The notes under the pieces were generated by a model that saw only the letters and a list, made by a program, of their open reading frames with translations, had not been told where the DNA came from and did no database searches. A stretch of 63,400 nucleotides of DNA, the filler included, from Ministeria vibrans ATCC 50519 (taxonomy: Eukaryota; Protista; Filasterea), in NCBI GenBank assembly GCA_943704425.1. It is 4 parts of 4 records of this genome, joined end to end, with 100 filler letters (N's around TTAATTAATTAA, not from the genome) between each part and the next. Parts side by side here need not be neighbours in the genome. Positions count along the whole stretch, not along the records: positions 15,013 to 43,348 come from CALSCP010001049.1; 3 more parts are not named here. The stretch is one strand, 5' to 3'. A program made the translations under genes and the position numbers. Numbering within the stretch: the stretch's first letter is position 1; each line of letters starts with the position of its first letter. Positions 24,655 through 36,565 of this stretch are shown here, piece by piece.

Positions 24655-27447
24655 CATCATCATTATTATTATGTGAGTTGTGGATTCACCATCGAATGTA
24701 ATTTCTTTTTTTTGGGGGGGGGTTATTTGTGGCAGTGCATGACGGAGGATATTTCGCGGTTCAGCAACCATCTGGCGCACATCTACTCGCAGCTGAGCAA
24801 ACCCACGCTCGACGTGGTCCTGATGACGGTGCAGCTGTTCCGTATGGGCGTGAGCTCATCGGGCAGTGCGACGCCAGCCATCAGCGGAGCCATGGCGGCA
24901 CTTGTCATTGGGTCTACGGCACAGATCCTGCGAGCGGCCAGCCCGCCGTTTGGACGGTTGGTCGCTGAGCAGGCTGAAATGGACGGTCACCTGCGCTACG
25001 TGCACTCCCGCATCATCACCAACAGCGAAGAGATTGCCTTCTACGGCGGACAGGATGTCGAGCGCTCTGTCCTCGAAAAGGTGTGTTCACTGTTTTATTG
25101 GTGTTCATTGTTGTGTGGTCACACGTTGTCTATTGCTGTAACCGTTTATTTGGCTTGTTCAGTCTGTCTCGTTGGGTTCGTTGTTGCTCAATGGTGGCAC
25201 TAACGTCGTCGTGGCTCGTTTTTTGGGTGTGATTCTTAGGCGTACGACCGACTGGTGGGCAAAATGAACGACATCTTCAAACGACGCATTCTGTATGTGA
25301 TGCTCGAGCAGTTCCTGATGAAGTACATGTGGAGTGCAACTGGCATGTGCATGATTGCCCTTCCCGCCCTCATGTCCTCCGATGAGTCCCTTCGCCAGGT
25401 TCCCATTTTCATTGTTTCTCCTCTTGTCCCTACTCTATTTCTGTCGTTCTCTTTGTTAGTTTTTCTCTTGTTCAGTTGTCCATTGTTTCATTCTTTTCGT
25501 TGTTCCCTCGTTGTTTGTGTCGTTCTCCTTTTGTCCACATACTCTGTGTCTCGTTTTTTTTCTTTTTCCACTACCTGTCTATGTCTGTCGCTATGCTGTT
25601 TCCACTACCTATTTCTGTCTGTCTCTTTGCTGCTTCCACTGGTTTGTTTTTTTCTGTTTCCACTACCTACCTATGTGTGTTTCTATGCTGTTTCCTCTAC
25701 CTGTCTCTGTTTGTCTCTTTGTTGTTTCCACTACCTATTTTTGTGTGTTTCTCTTTGCTGTTCCCTTTCTTGTTTACTGCCTATCTATCTGTGTTTCTAT
25801 GCTGTTTCCTCTACCTGTCTTTTGTCTGTCTTTTTGCTGTTTTCACTACCTATCTCTGTCTGTCTCTTTGCTGTTTGTTTTTTTTTTCTGTCCTCTGACT
25901 TGTTTACTACTCCTCTCAGTCTGTCTGTTTTTCTTTGTTGTTTCCTCGCTCGTTCGCTCACTCTTATTATTTGATGTTTTGTTCTTTTGTTCACTTACTT
26001 ACTCTCTCGCTCTCCTGTCTCTTTCACAGGCGGCGGGTGGTGGCTCCGATGGTAGTACCGACATGAGTGGCGTCCGCACGCAGATGTTTGTAACGGCGCG
26101 GTCGCTGCTGCACTCCGCTGCGGACGCCATTGAACGCATCATGTCATCGTACAAGGAGATCACAGAGCTGGCCGGGTACACCGCGCGCGTCTCCAACATG
26201 TTTGACGTCTTTGGTGATGTTCGCAAGGGCAATTTTGTGCGGACAGCGCTCGAGGGCTCTGACTCGGCTAACAGCGGTGTGCTCTCACGCCAAGGCAAGG
26301 TGGTGCTGTCGGGCGATGACAAGGTCATTCGTCTTGAGAAAGTGCCTGTCGTCACTCCTGCAGGTAAACCTAATTTTCGTGCCCTAATTTATATATTATA
26401 ATGGCAATCCTCATTCCTCCTTCCCTCTTGCAGGTGACGTTCTGGTGAAGAGTCTCTCGTTTGAGCTGCGTCCAGGAATGCATTTGCTTATCACGGGCCC
26501 GAATGGCTGCGGCAAGAGCTCCTTGTTCCGCATCTTTAGTGCTCTCTGGCCCATCTTTGGCGGTACTCTCCACCGCCCCCATCGCTCGGACCTCTTCTAC
26601 ATCCCTCAAAAACCTTACCTCTCACTCGGAACACTCCGTGACCAGGTACGTGCGTGCTTCTTTTTTTTTTTTTTTTTTTTGTNNNNNNNNNNCGGGACGG
26701 GTCTTCAATTTGTCATGTCGACTGCGATGCCATACGATCTCTATGGCACATCCATGTCTCTTACCTTGCCAACTTACGTGTAGGTCATCTATCCAGACTC
26801 GGTCGTGGACATGCGGCGCCGTGGTTACACTGACGCCGAACTAGAGTCTATTCTGGACATTGTCAGTCTTCGTGCCGTTGTGAGCCGAGAGGGTGGGTGG
26901 GATGCGCTCAATGACTGGGCCGACGTGCTCTCGGGCGGCGAGAAGCAACGCCTTGGTGTCGCTCGCCTCTTTTATCATCGTCCTACGTATGACAGACACA
27001 TCTGAAACGTCACGCATTTTATCTCTTTGTTGTTTCTTGGTTAGGTATGCGCTTTTGGACGAGTGCACAAGCGCCGTGTCGATTGACGTTGAAGGGCAGA
27101 TGTATCAGCGCGCCAAAGACATGGGCATCACACTGATGACCATTACCCATCGCCCATCGCTGTGGAAGTTCCATACGCATTTGCTGCAGTTTGATGGTGA
27201 GGGTGGAGTTGCCTTCTCGACCCTCGACGCCACAGCGCGTCTCTCGCTCAAGGAGGAGAAGACCAAGCTCGAGGCTCAGCTTGCCGGAATGCCGTCGATG
27301 CAACAGCGTCTCGACGAGCTGTGCCGTGTTCTCGGGGAAGATTCGGTAATTGATCTCTCTTCTCTTGTTCGATTGGCTTCTTACATTTGGTTCCTTTGGT
27401 AGATTTTTGTTGAGCATGGCAGCGATGAGGCGGAAGAAGAAGAGTAA
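23682..27447 (+). CDS. Peroxisomal ABC half-transporter, ABCD1/2-like
   Basis: [20 protein letters not shown], Walker [36 protein letters not shown]. Confidence 0.93.
25540..25930. repeat. Degenerate intronic minisatellite in the ABCD gene (TGTTTCCACTACCTATxTxTGT-type units)
   Basis: About ten imperfect copies of gctgtttcc(a/t)ctacct inside the roughly 630-nt intron. Confidence 0.75.
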
Positions 27448-27539
27448 TTTTAGTTTTCATCCCCCTTGACTTTTTCTTGTTTTTTCTCAGTCATACTTAG
27501 AATAAAAATCTTTCACTGATAATATTTTCTGTGACCTTT

Positions 27540-28270
27540 CCACTCTTTTTGATATGGGTTCTGGTACACCCTTCACCGCCTTCTTTAACTGCTTGACTTC
27601 CAGCCCGTGGTCAGTCAGTCCGTCTCACTATTGCCGATTGAGCACTGATTGCCCTCACCAGTCCGCCCCTCCTACCACCCGCTTCAAGCAAGGCTCCTTC
27701 AAAATATTCATCCTCTGAAGCAGCCGCTTCGGATGGCTAGATTGTCGAAGCTTTTGCCCTAGCTAGCTAGGACTTCCAAAAAAAAAACCCCCTTCCAAAA
27801 ATATGCATATATATTCATCTTCGGCTTTGCATGCAAGTCTCTCGGAATGTCCGCTTCGGCCCATGCGGGGGTGAAGCAGCCGCTTCGGATGGCTAGATTG
27901 TCTTGTACAATGAAGCTTTTTTTGCCCTAGAGCTAGGACTTCCAAAAAAATATATTCATCTTCACCGCCAAGTTTGCAGCTGCTGTCGTCTGCATCAGGC
28001 CCTCATTGCATGCATGCATATAAAGTACATTTTGCCAGGGTGAAGCAGCCGCTTGTTGTCTTGTTTTTTGGAAGTTTGTTGCCCGAGGACTTTCAAAAAA
28101 CATACTTGCCGGTGTCATCATCTTTCGTCGTTGTGCTACGCGTAACCCCTACCTGATTGCTACCTGTGACCTCGTGTCTATTGAGTAGTTTCAACACTGA
28201 TCGCGCTGCAAATCCCCTCCTTGCAGTTTAAACACTTCTCGTTTCCGTCTCGTCTTGGCTTCTCTCGTCT
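27540..28270 (-). mobile_element. Decayed non-LTR retrotransposon fragment carrying 3 antisense insertions of a younger element's 3' end
   Basis: Collinear similarity to 47706-48230 (ccgtggtcagtc, ctgattgccctca, ctcctacxacccgcttcaag, ttgccggtgtc). Inserts end in ggactt(c/t)caaaaaa. Confidence 0.7.
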
Positions 28271-28559
28271 TAGTACTAGTGAAGTACTAGTCTTCCTTCC
28301 ACCTGTCCATTTTTTTTCAAGTTCGCTAGCGACTCGTAGACTTTGTTTGAGGGCTACTCCCGCGCGTATTATGAGCCCTCCTCATCGGTGACCTCAATTG
28401 AGCTGGTATCAACCAGCTGATGTTTGACGGTTCGCGCCTAGCTAGCTTGACCTTCCAATCTCGGATCTCGCCCCCCAAAAATCGTAAATCGTGTACTGAA
28501 GATTTCGATGCGTCAGTTTCATGAGATTGTGGTTGCCGCTGAGCAGTACGTATAGATGT

Positions 28560-28900
28560 TGCATTATAATATGATTTTAGTGAGTCGCGATCTTTTAGAC
28601 TTGATCTTCTTAAACGGACACCAGCCGTCAGCCTCCTTCCACCCAAGCGTGGCCGCTCGAAATACACGAGCGAGGAGCGCGTGTTCATTGGGCTCCACCA
28701 CTTTCAAGCCTTTACGTTTCAGTATCTGTCGGCTACCTACGGTGTGAGCGAGAGCTGTGTCAGTCGATACTTTGACTTTACCCTCGGTGGTGCAGTGTCA
28801 CTAAAGTCGAAATATGTCGTTTGGCCCAGCCACGACGGGCGCAAACACATGAATCGGATTCTGTGCGAGCAGATCAAGTCACGACACGACGACTTCGCAA
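28560..28900 (+). pseudogene. PIF/Harbinger (ISL2EU-like) DDE transposase fragment, HTH region
   Basis: TSEERVFIGLHHFQAFTFQYLSATYGVSESCVSRYF...VVWPS matches the HTH preceding DDE_Tnp_4 domains; no catalytic core follows. Confidence 0.7.
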
Positions 28901-29394
28901 GTTTGGCACCTGGGCTCCTTCCTAGGAACTTACGAACTTTAAACCTTAAACCTTGCATGCAAATTCCGCAAACTGGAAGTGCTTTTGTCCACTTTTTCTG
29001 GCACCATTCTTTTAAAAGCAAGCAGTACTGCATTTGCTCGCTCGCGCTGAGAAGATCTCAGCAAAGTTAATGAATCCATGAATGGGTTTAGTCAAATTAA
29101 TAATACTATTCGTCCGATATGTATTATCTAACATAGTCACTTTATTACATGTTTTCGCAGGATAAAATGCTTTTCAAATCACATTAATCTGTAAAATATG
29201 TATCTGGCGAAAAACACATACAATTTACTTTAAGAAACTTATACGGCTTAATCTTGATCAACTTTTTTAAAAAGTCGTCCAAAAACACTAGTGAGTGAAC
29301 TGAAAACGGTGATCGGTGGTCTGTAGGTAAGTATTTACTTGCGTGCCAAAACGACCGATCACAATGTATCACATTATTAATATTATTCTTATTA

Positions 29395-30045
29395 TTTTTG
29401 GAAGTCCTAGGGCAAAAGCTTCAATGTACAAGACAATCGAAAGCCATTCATTCACCCAGGCAAGTAAACCCCCTTAGCGGCTGAAAAGGCCTTATTTTAA
29501 ATTAAGCATCTCGCATGAAAAAGGGAGAAGAAAAGGGAAAGCAGGAAAAAACAAAAAGAAGAAAGGGAGAGAAAGGAAGGAAAGGTAAAATGGGAAAACC
29601 AAACACCAGAAGCAGGCAGCAACCTACTGACGCCGCTGCCACTCCATGTAATGCTCATACACCGCCTCCTGCCTAGCAGCCGCTACTGTGTCTTTTCGAG
29701 CGTAGGCTGGGCCCAATATGCGACGCGTCATGGCCGACGACCAGTAGCCAGACACCAAGTGCTGAGCGGGTTGGCCATCACACCCATTCCCGACCGACCC
29801 TAATGCGACATCGGCCCACGTGGCGCTATCAGGGGAGAAAACGCCTCAGAGACGCCCAAATATCTTCCACACACGGGTTGTCTACTCGAGGCAATCATCT
29901 CGCCAATGGGAAGCATGCCCGGTTCCAGCGGTGGTGCTGCGCGAGCTCGCTTGGCCAGTGCGTCCGCCCTGTTGTTTCACGCCTCTTCCCGTCGAGTTGG
30001 GGGCTGCACGTGCGCCTTCACATGCTCCACTCGAGTCGGGGCGAT
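29395..30045 (-). mobile_element. 5'-truncated RNase H-containing non-LTR retrotransposon remnant with 3' UTR and A-rich tail
   Basis: Minus strand reads RVEHVKAHVQPPTRREEA*NNRADALAKRAR (RNase H C-terminal motif) and an ORF end EHYMEWQRRQ*. A pyrimidine-rich UTR then ends gccctaggacttccaaaaa and is shared with 49484-49760. Confidence 0.75.
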
Positions 30046-30279
30046 TTATTATTGTTTTGTTATTATTTTCCGTCGTTGCGGTGAGAGCGATTGCATTTGA
30101 ACAGAAAAATATGCTGATTGCCAAGGGAGTTCGACAGAAATGTAACATACTCATTGTTCAACTTGCTACCAACATTGACCGGCGAGAGATCAGGAGTCTG
30201 TTCCCCTCAAAAACCACCTCAGTTTACACACAAAAACAGCAATAAGACGCATATTTCGGTTCACATCCTCACCACTCTG

Positions 30280-33200
30280 TTACACTCTCACCACTCCGTT
30301 TCCCTCTTTGAAAAGCTGAATGTCGCCTTCGTTGGTCGCCTGTCCGCTCCAAGCTGTCCAAATGCGCCCTACCACCGTCGCCTGATATGTATTTGCCCGG
30401 TCTAATAACTGCAACTGGCGGCGCAGTTCGACGGCAGTGAGCACATCCGACTCCTTAAATGCTGCTCGCTCTCTGCCCAGCGCCCGGATCAGCATTGACG
30501 TAAACTGGGTTGTCGATTCATCGCGTGTCAAATACGACGGTGTACCGCGCAGTGAGCTCGCAATCATTTGTCGTGCGTAGTTTCTCACAGGTGCAGCTCT
30601 GTCCTCGGGCACAATCAGAGTCTCCTGGACACCTCCATCTTGCATCACTATGTCTCCCTCTCCTCCAGGCACCAGTGCTCCGCTGTTGCAAAAGTCGCCC
30701 AGGACAAGGACGTTACAGCCAGTCCATCCTATCTCATCAAGAAGAATTGACGCCAGCCAGCGCAAAGTGAGAGGCAAGACACGTCCTGTCGGCGAGAGGC
30801 GGGCATCACTCAAGAGCAGTCCACCATCACCATCCATCGGTCCGTGGCCAATCAAATGCACGATCAGCAGCGAGTCCCTCCCAGCAGTCCTTCCTGCCTC
30901 CTGCGCCAGCACGCGGCCCTCCTTGATGATCTGCGCCCGTGTCACGCGATCGCCCTCCTCTCGGTCCACCACACACCTCACCCCAAATCCCCGCTCCACC
31001 CACAGTTCTTGCAGCTGGCGCACACTCTCTCGGACCCCAACAAGGTCGTCGTAGTTCTGTAAGATTTTATTCTTCGTTGAGCTGTACCGGCTGACACCAA
31101 TGATTAGCGCCGAGGCGTGCGAGTAGATGCCTTGCGCTGCAAAGAGGGGTAAGAATGACTCGAACATGCATGCATGTTTGTTACGTACGCTGTTGCTTGA
31201 CCCACCAGGACTCGAGATTCACATTGTACTGCACCTTTTGACCTGAGTGGCGTGCCAATTCGCTCCTCACTGTTGCAGCGTGGCGGCAGTACTCAAGCTG
31301 CTTAGCAACCAGATCGGGATCAAAGAGAGGGCATTGAGTGCCGTTTGATGCAGGGAATGGATGTACAGGTACGACGACTGCTCGTCCGCGCCAGCCCCAT
31401 TTCAAAGTGCGTGTCTGGTGGCACACACTCTCGCATAGCTTCGTCCAAGTCGCCTCCACCTCCTTAGCTGGCGCACCAGCGGTCAGTTCGACTCTCACAA
31501 ACGACTCATTGCTGTTGAGTCGCAATCTCAGAGGCACACACCCGTCCATTGTCAGCGCATTGGTACACCGTTGCGTCGCCTCGATCACACTCCCAGCAAT
31601 GCTTGCGCGCCACAGCGACACCATCACTAGATGGAAGGTCGCCAGAGACACAGGCAGTATCGTCCAATCATTCTTGTCGGTTTCGATCATCTGATAGAGA
31701 AACAGCTCGGCGGGCGCGGGCGCGGCGAGCGGAACAAAAGGAGCGTCGTCGGGGAGCAGCATGGGCAGCAACAGCAAGTCACCGTGACGCATCGCCAGGC
31801 TCAGGTGCTCCAGGCACTCGATGAACGTGTCAACATTACTCACGTTACCGCCACAGAGTAGAGGGTCCGCGCTGTCTTTGGCCGCCGTCCACACGAGCCA
31901 CTCAGCCACTTCGCGTGGGAATCCTTCTGAGGACCGGATGAACGATTCGTCAAGAGTTTTCAGCACTCTCTCTGCACGAGACCGATCAAGGAGACGACCC
32001 GCCTCAATGACCTTCCTGAGCATCCCCTGTGCTCTTTCGCTTGAAGCCCGTCCCCATCGCGCCATCACCACAGAGCAGAGCAGTTCCAGCGCCGCAATCA
32101 AACGCGGAATGTCAAACACGACTGTGTCCGTCTCGCGCACATTTTGAGACGTCGCGTCCTCTCGACACACCACGATGTCCGCGGCTGACTCCAGATAGGG
32201 CACTAGTCCAGTGCGGACCATTGCATCGTCAGAAATCAACGCAGAGAGAGTGATGGGTGGGTCGTTGTTGAGGACAAGCAAGCCGAGATCTGCCACACGT
32301 GACATAAGTGTGATATTCTTCTCTCGAGCCCATCGCCCAATCAGATCCTGCGTGCACACGTACTCCATCGGAAGAGTACGCAGGCGCACGGCATCATGCA
32401 GTGCCTTTGAGAGCGCCTCCAGTCCAATCCTTTTCTCGCTGCCGACCGCAAAAAATGAAAGTGGAGGATCGTGTGGACAAATCAGATGATCGCCCAAGAG
32501 CTCAGCGACAAGACTGAAGATCGCGTCTGAAACTGACTGGAGAAGAGTGAGTGGAGCTGTGTCGTCGGGAAAGGTGTCAAGGTGAGTGCCGACGATGATG
32601 ACTTTGAAGTAGGAATGAATGGTGGTGGGCACTTGGTGCATGACCATGTGAGCCCACTTGGAAATGTGTTCATACTGGCGCTGGGCAGTCGTTGTGACGG
32701 ACATGGCGGAGAGGTCAAAAACGATGAGGTAGAGGGACTCGGAGCCCATAAACAGAGATGGGAGGGAGTCAAACTTGGGCTCGCCTAAGAGGGCGAGAAA
32801 GTAAACGTGGCGAAAAAGAACAAGGGTGAAGAAGCGAGTTCCAAAAAAGGAAAGAGCGAAAAAGAGAAGGGGATTGTGGAATTGTGTACCGGCAAAGTCT
32901 AAGGTCTCAAGGTCAATGTGGCCCTTGCGCAAGTCCGACTGGAGCAGAGCGTGGACGGCTTGCATAGTAGCGCTGATGATGGGGCGTGGTGCCGCATTGC
33001 TGGAGAAGACTAGCTTCAGTTTTTCCATAAAAGAGGGGGCTGGGACTCGTATGTGCGGAGAGGCGGGTGTTGTAGGCCGAGTTGATGGTGGTACACGAAA
33101 CAAGGATGCTGATCTGGTAGGTGTCGCTGCTGGTGAAGCGTCACGCACACTTAATGTTGTCGGAAGAGAATCAACGTCCTCTACTTCACCAGCAATTACG

Positions 33201-35111
33201 GCATCGCTCTCCTCCCGTACTGAGATGAGACTTGCCAAGTGAAACTCATCCTCAGGGACTGCTCTGAAAAGACCCGTACGGCCGTCAAAAATCATTCGCA
33301 GTCGCTTCATGCGGGTCGCCACTGAGCGGTCCCTTGGGTCGGGCAGCGGGTTCCCCTGCAAAGCTGCAACCAGAGCCGTTTTGCCGGCGAAGACAGCACC
33401 CAAACAGAGCAATTTGATTGAGCGGGAGTGCACAGAGCCACGCTGGAGGGCAGCGTTGAAAGCTTGATCGTATCGACCTATGATGGAAGATTTGGTCAAA
33501 ACGCTTGGCGACTGATACACACGATAAGACCTTTCACAACAAATAACTCCTTTAAGAATGCTGTTGTGTCTTGCTTCCACTGCGCTCGGTCTGCAATGAC
33601 AAAGTAACAACTAAAATAATGGTTCTAACAAAAACGACTCACCAACTAGAAAGACGGTTACTTACTCATTCTCACTATTCTCAAACCTTACCAACTAAGA
33701 CAATGCAAAGAAGAACACACCAGTCCAAAACACATGTCCAAATCAGTCACTCACTCATTCTCACTATTCTCAAATCTTACTCCCTAAGACAATGCAAAGA
33801 AGAACACACCAGTCCAAAACACATGTCCAAATCAGTCACTCACTCATTCTCACTATTCTCAAATCTTACTCCCTAAGACAATGCAAAGAAGAACACACCA
33901 GTCCAAAACACATGTCCAAATCAGTCACTCACTCATTCTCACTATTCTCAAATCTTACCGTCTAAAACAATGCAAAGAAGAACGCACCAGTCCAAAACAC
34001 ATGTCCAAATCAGTCACTCACTCATTCTCACTATTCTCAAATCTTACTCCCTAAGACAATGCAAAGAAGAACACACCAGTCCAAAACACATGTCCAAATC
34101 AGTCACTCACTCATTCTCACTATTCTCAAATCTTACCAACTAAGACAATGCAAAGAAGAACGCACCAGTCCAAAACACATGTCCAAATCAGTCACTCACT
34201 CATTCTCACTATTCTCAAATCTTACAGTCTAAGACAATGCAAAGAAGAACACACCAGTCCAAAACACATGTCCAAATCAGTCACTCACTCATTCTCACTA
34301 TTCTCAAATCTTACTCCCTAAGACAATGCAAAGAAGAACACACCAGTCCAAAACACATGTCCAAATCAGTCACTCACTCATTCTCACTATTCTCAAATCT
34401 TACCCCCTAAGACCATGACCAACAGCAGAGAATCAAGACAAAAAATTGTGTCAGGTATACACTCAAACAGCGGATATTTCAGAATAGAAACCGTACAGTC
34501 TACAGAGACGTCAGCGTTAGCGAGCCTGTCAAACGAACATATGCTCTCTTACAAACTGCAAAACACAAAGTGCCACCAATCGAGGAGCAAGTTAGAACCG
34601 ATCAGTATCCATTGTCAAGCAAGTCACAAACCTTCTAAAAGAGACAATAATAATAATAATAATAATAATTATTATTATAGTTATTGTTTTAGTTTGCGTC
34701 GACCAAATCCGACTTTTTGGTCTCACTTGCACAGAGATTGTCCAGCCATGGCGTGAACCCTTCGTTGCCTTTGTACGTAATCTCCTGCAGGTGTCCTCGC
34801 ATGTCTACAATGGCTGTTGGGAGCGTCTTGAGCTGGCACTTCCCGACGTCAAGCAACTTCGTCCAGAAACAACAGTCGACCGTGAGAAATCGTCTCCGTC
34901 CTCCCTCGTCCCATACCTTGAGCTTCTTGAACCGGCTAATCCAGTCGGGAATCACCTCAAGCGGGTTGCCTGTCAGCAGCAGTTCCTGTAGAGTGTCAGC
35001 AAGAACAAGAATTTCTTCTGGTAGAGAAGTGAGCCCCATCCCCCTCAGGTTCAAGGAATGGGACGCGCGAGCCTCGTCAATGCGTTCTTGTAGCGAGAAC
35101 AATAGGGACAT
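30280..35111 (-). CDS. Roco protein: LRR, micro-exon-encoded loop, Roc GTPase, COR, caspase-like (peptidase C14) domain
   Basis: LRR LNLRGMGLTSLPEEI...LLLTGNPLEVIPDWI; Roc G1 GAVFAGKT, G3 DFAG, G4 VGTHLD; caspase ALIIGVSRY, HLIGHG, LGDFCNSG. A 52-nt GT-AG intron (31137-31188) joins the COR and caspase ORFs in frame. Confidence 0.85.
33692..34406 (-). repeat. 89-bp tandem array: 8 near-identical 86-nt introns (gtaagatttgag...cattgtcttag) separating 9 variable 3-nt micro-exons
   Basis: Exact 89-bp period. Triplets at 34404, 34315, 34226, 34137, 34048, 33959, 33870, 33781 and 33692 read GGG, GGA, ACT, TTG, GGA, ACG, GGA, GGA, TTG on the minus strand, each as tag|NNN|gtaag. Confidence 0.92.
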
Positions 35112-35567
35112 GCTTTTGCCACAAGGAGAGAGATAATAATATTGGTGACAGACTGTTGATTCACTGTTCATTTAGTTCAAGTCTCTGTTTATCTCTGCTT
35201 TTTTTTCTTATCCCTTCACCTTTGACTCGCCACCCCCACGCCCCACGCCAGTCGTCACACGCGCCCTGTAAGTATATTAAGGAGGGCAAAGCTCTTTCTT
35301 TGCCATCCGTGCCTGACCCAATGACCTCACTCCAGCCAATCAAACTATGGAATGGGATAGACCAATCAGTGCCCAATTGGCGATGCGACTGGCCACGGAA
35401 CTCACTGGGCGCAAGTAGAAGTAAGTTTTAAGTGAAGGATGCTAAAGAAGGCGACTCCCGAAGCGGTGAAAGGTGTTCAACAAAGAAAGAGGAACTGTAC
35501 ACCGTCAAAGTTACTTCACTTTTTAGTCTTTAATTTTATTCCGTCTTCAACTCCTGAAAGCCAAGAA

Positions 35568-36565
35568 ATGGATGAAATCAAGCTTTCTGTTGGCTCATCC
35601 AGCGTCACTGTCCGACTTCACGGCGCCACCGTTGTGTCGTGGGTATGTGACGGCGTTGAAAGACTCTTTGTCAGGTGCGCCACCATGTTGTGTAAACAAA
35701 GGCCCTCTCACACACGGACCTCTCCAGCTCACGGTCGGTCAATGACGGCGTCAAAGCCATTCGAGGCGGCATTCCCGTGGTGTTTCCGCAGTTTGGGCCT
35801 TGGGCGCTGGGCCCAAACCATGGGTTTGCGCGCATTTCGCGATGGCGCAGCGACTCAGTGACTGACACGAAAGCGGTGCTGGTCCTCGAAGACAGCGCCA
35901 CGACGCGCGCCATGTGGCCCCATCGGTTTAGACTAGAGTATACCGTTGAGCTGTGTGCGACGTCCTTCGAGCAGCGTCTCGCCGTGCACAATGTTGGCGA
36001 CGACCCCTTCTCCTTCACGACCCTCCTCCACACGTACTTCCGATGCGACGCGGTTGCCGACTGTTCCGTGTCAGGCTTCAAAGACTGTGTCTTTGTTGAC
36101 AAAACACAGGACATGAAGGAGTCAACAGAGTCCAGGTAGGCAAGGAAGCGTTGCCTTCCCTTCCTCACTGTCATTCTTCCTCTGTTTTATAGGGATACCA
36201 TTGATGTCAAGTCGTATACCGACCGCATCTATCGCAGCACTCCGAATACTCACGTGCTCAGCGGATTAGCAGGAAAGACAACGATTACATTGGAAAAGCA
36301 AAATTTTGCTGACACGGGTACACACACACACAAACTCAAAACAATGAAAATCTTTTCATCTTTTCATCTTTTCACACGCTCTCTCTTTTATTTTGGGACA
36401 GTTGTGTGGAACCCGTACGAGGCAGTAGCTGCGACCATGGGCGACTTAGGGGCCGACCAGTGCCCCTACTTTGTGTGCGTCGAGGCCGGTACCGTTGCGG
36501 ATCCCATCACCCTCACAGCCGGCCAATCATTTTGTGCGACTCAGAAATTTATTGCGCATTTGTGA
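35568..36565 (+). CDS. Glucose-6-phosphate 1-epimerase (aldose 1-epimerase family)
   Basis: HGATVVSW, KAIRGGIPVVFPQFG, HGFAR, LLHTYF, VVWNP, FVCVEAG. Confidence 0.93.

Noticed and set aside
25399-26029. Hydrophobic 140-296 aa ORFs suggesting membrane proteins
   Set aside because: They run through a low-complexity pyrimidine-rich intron of the ABCD gene.
15128-27447. Functional cluster of peroxisome or lipid genes (GRHPR-like, ceramidase, ABCD)
   Set aside because: Interleaved with unrelated genes; no shared signal seen.
31168-31190. Stop codon and new ATG implying separate Roco and caspase genes
   Set aside because: Both fall inside a 52-nt canonical intron that joins the frames.
33478-33610. 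ORF-track N-terminus MLLCHCRPSAVEAR... of the 809-aa ORF
   Set aside because: Phase of the upstream exon and a 53-nt intron (33478-33530) favour DRAQWKQDTTAFLKELFVVKG. The donor GTCTTA is weak, so this needs RNA confirmation.
33692-34406. 89-bp array as a CRISPR array or plain minisatellite
   Set aside because: Eukaryotic context, no cas genes, spacers only 3 nt. Unit ends are exact splice signals and the spacing continues into non-repetitive introns.
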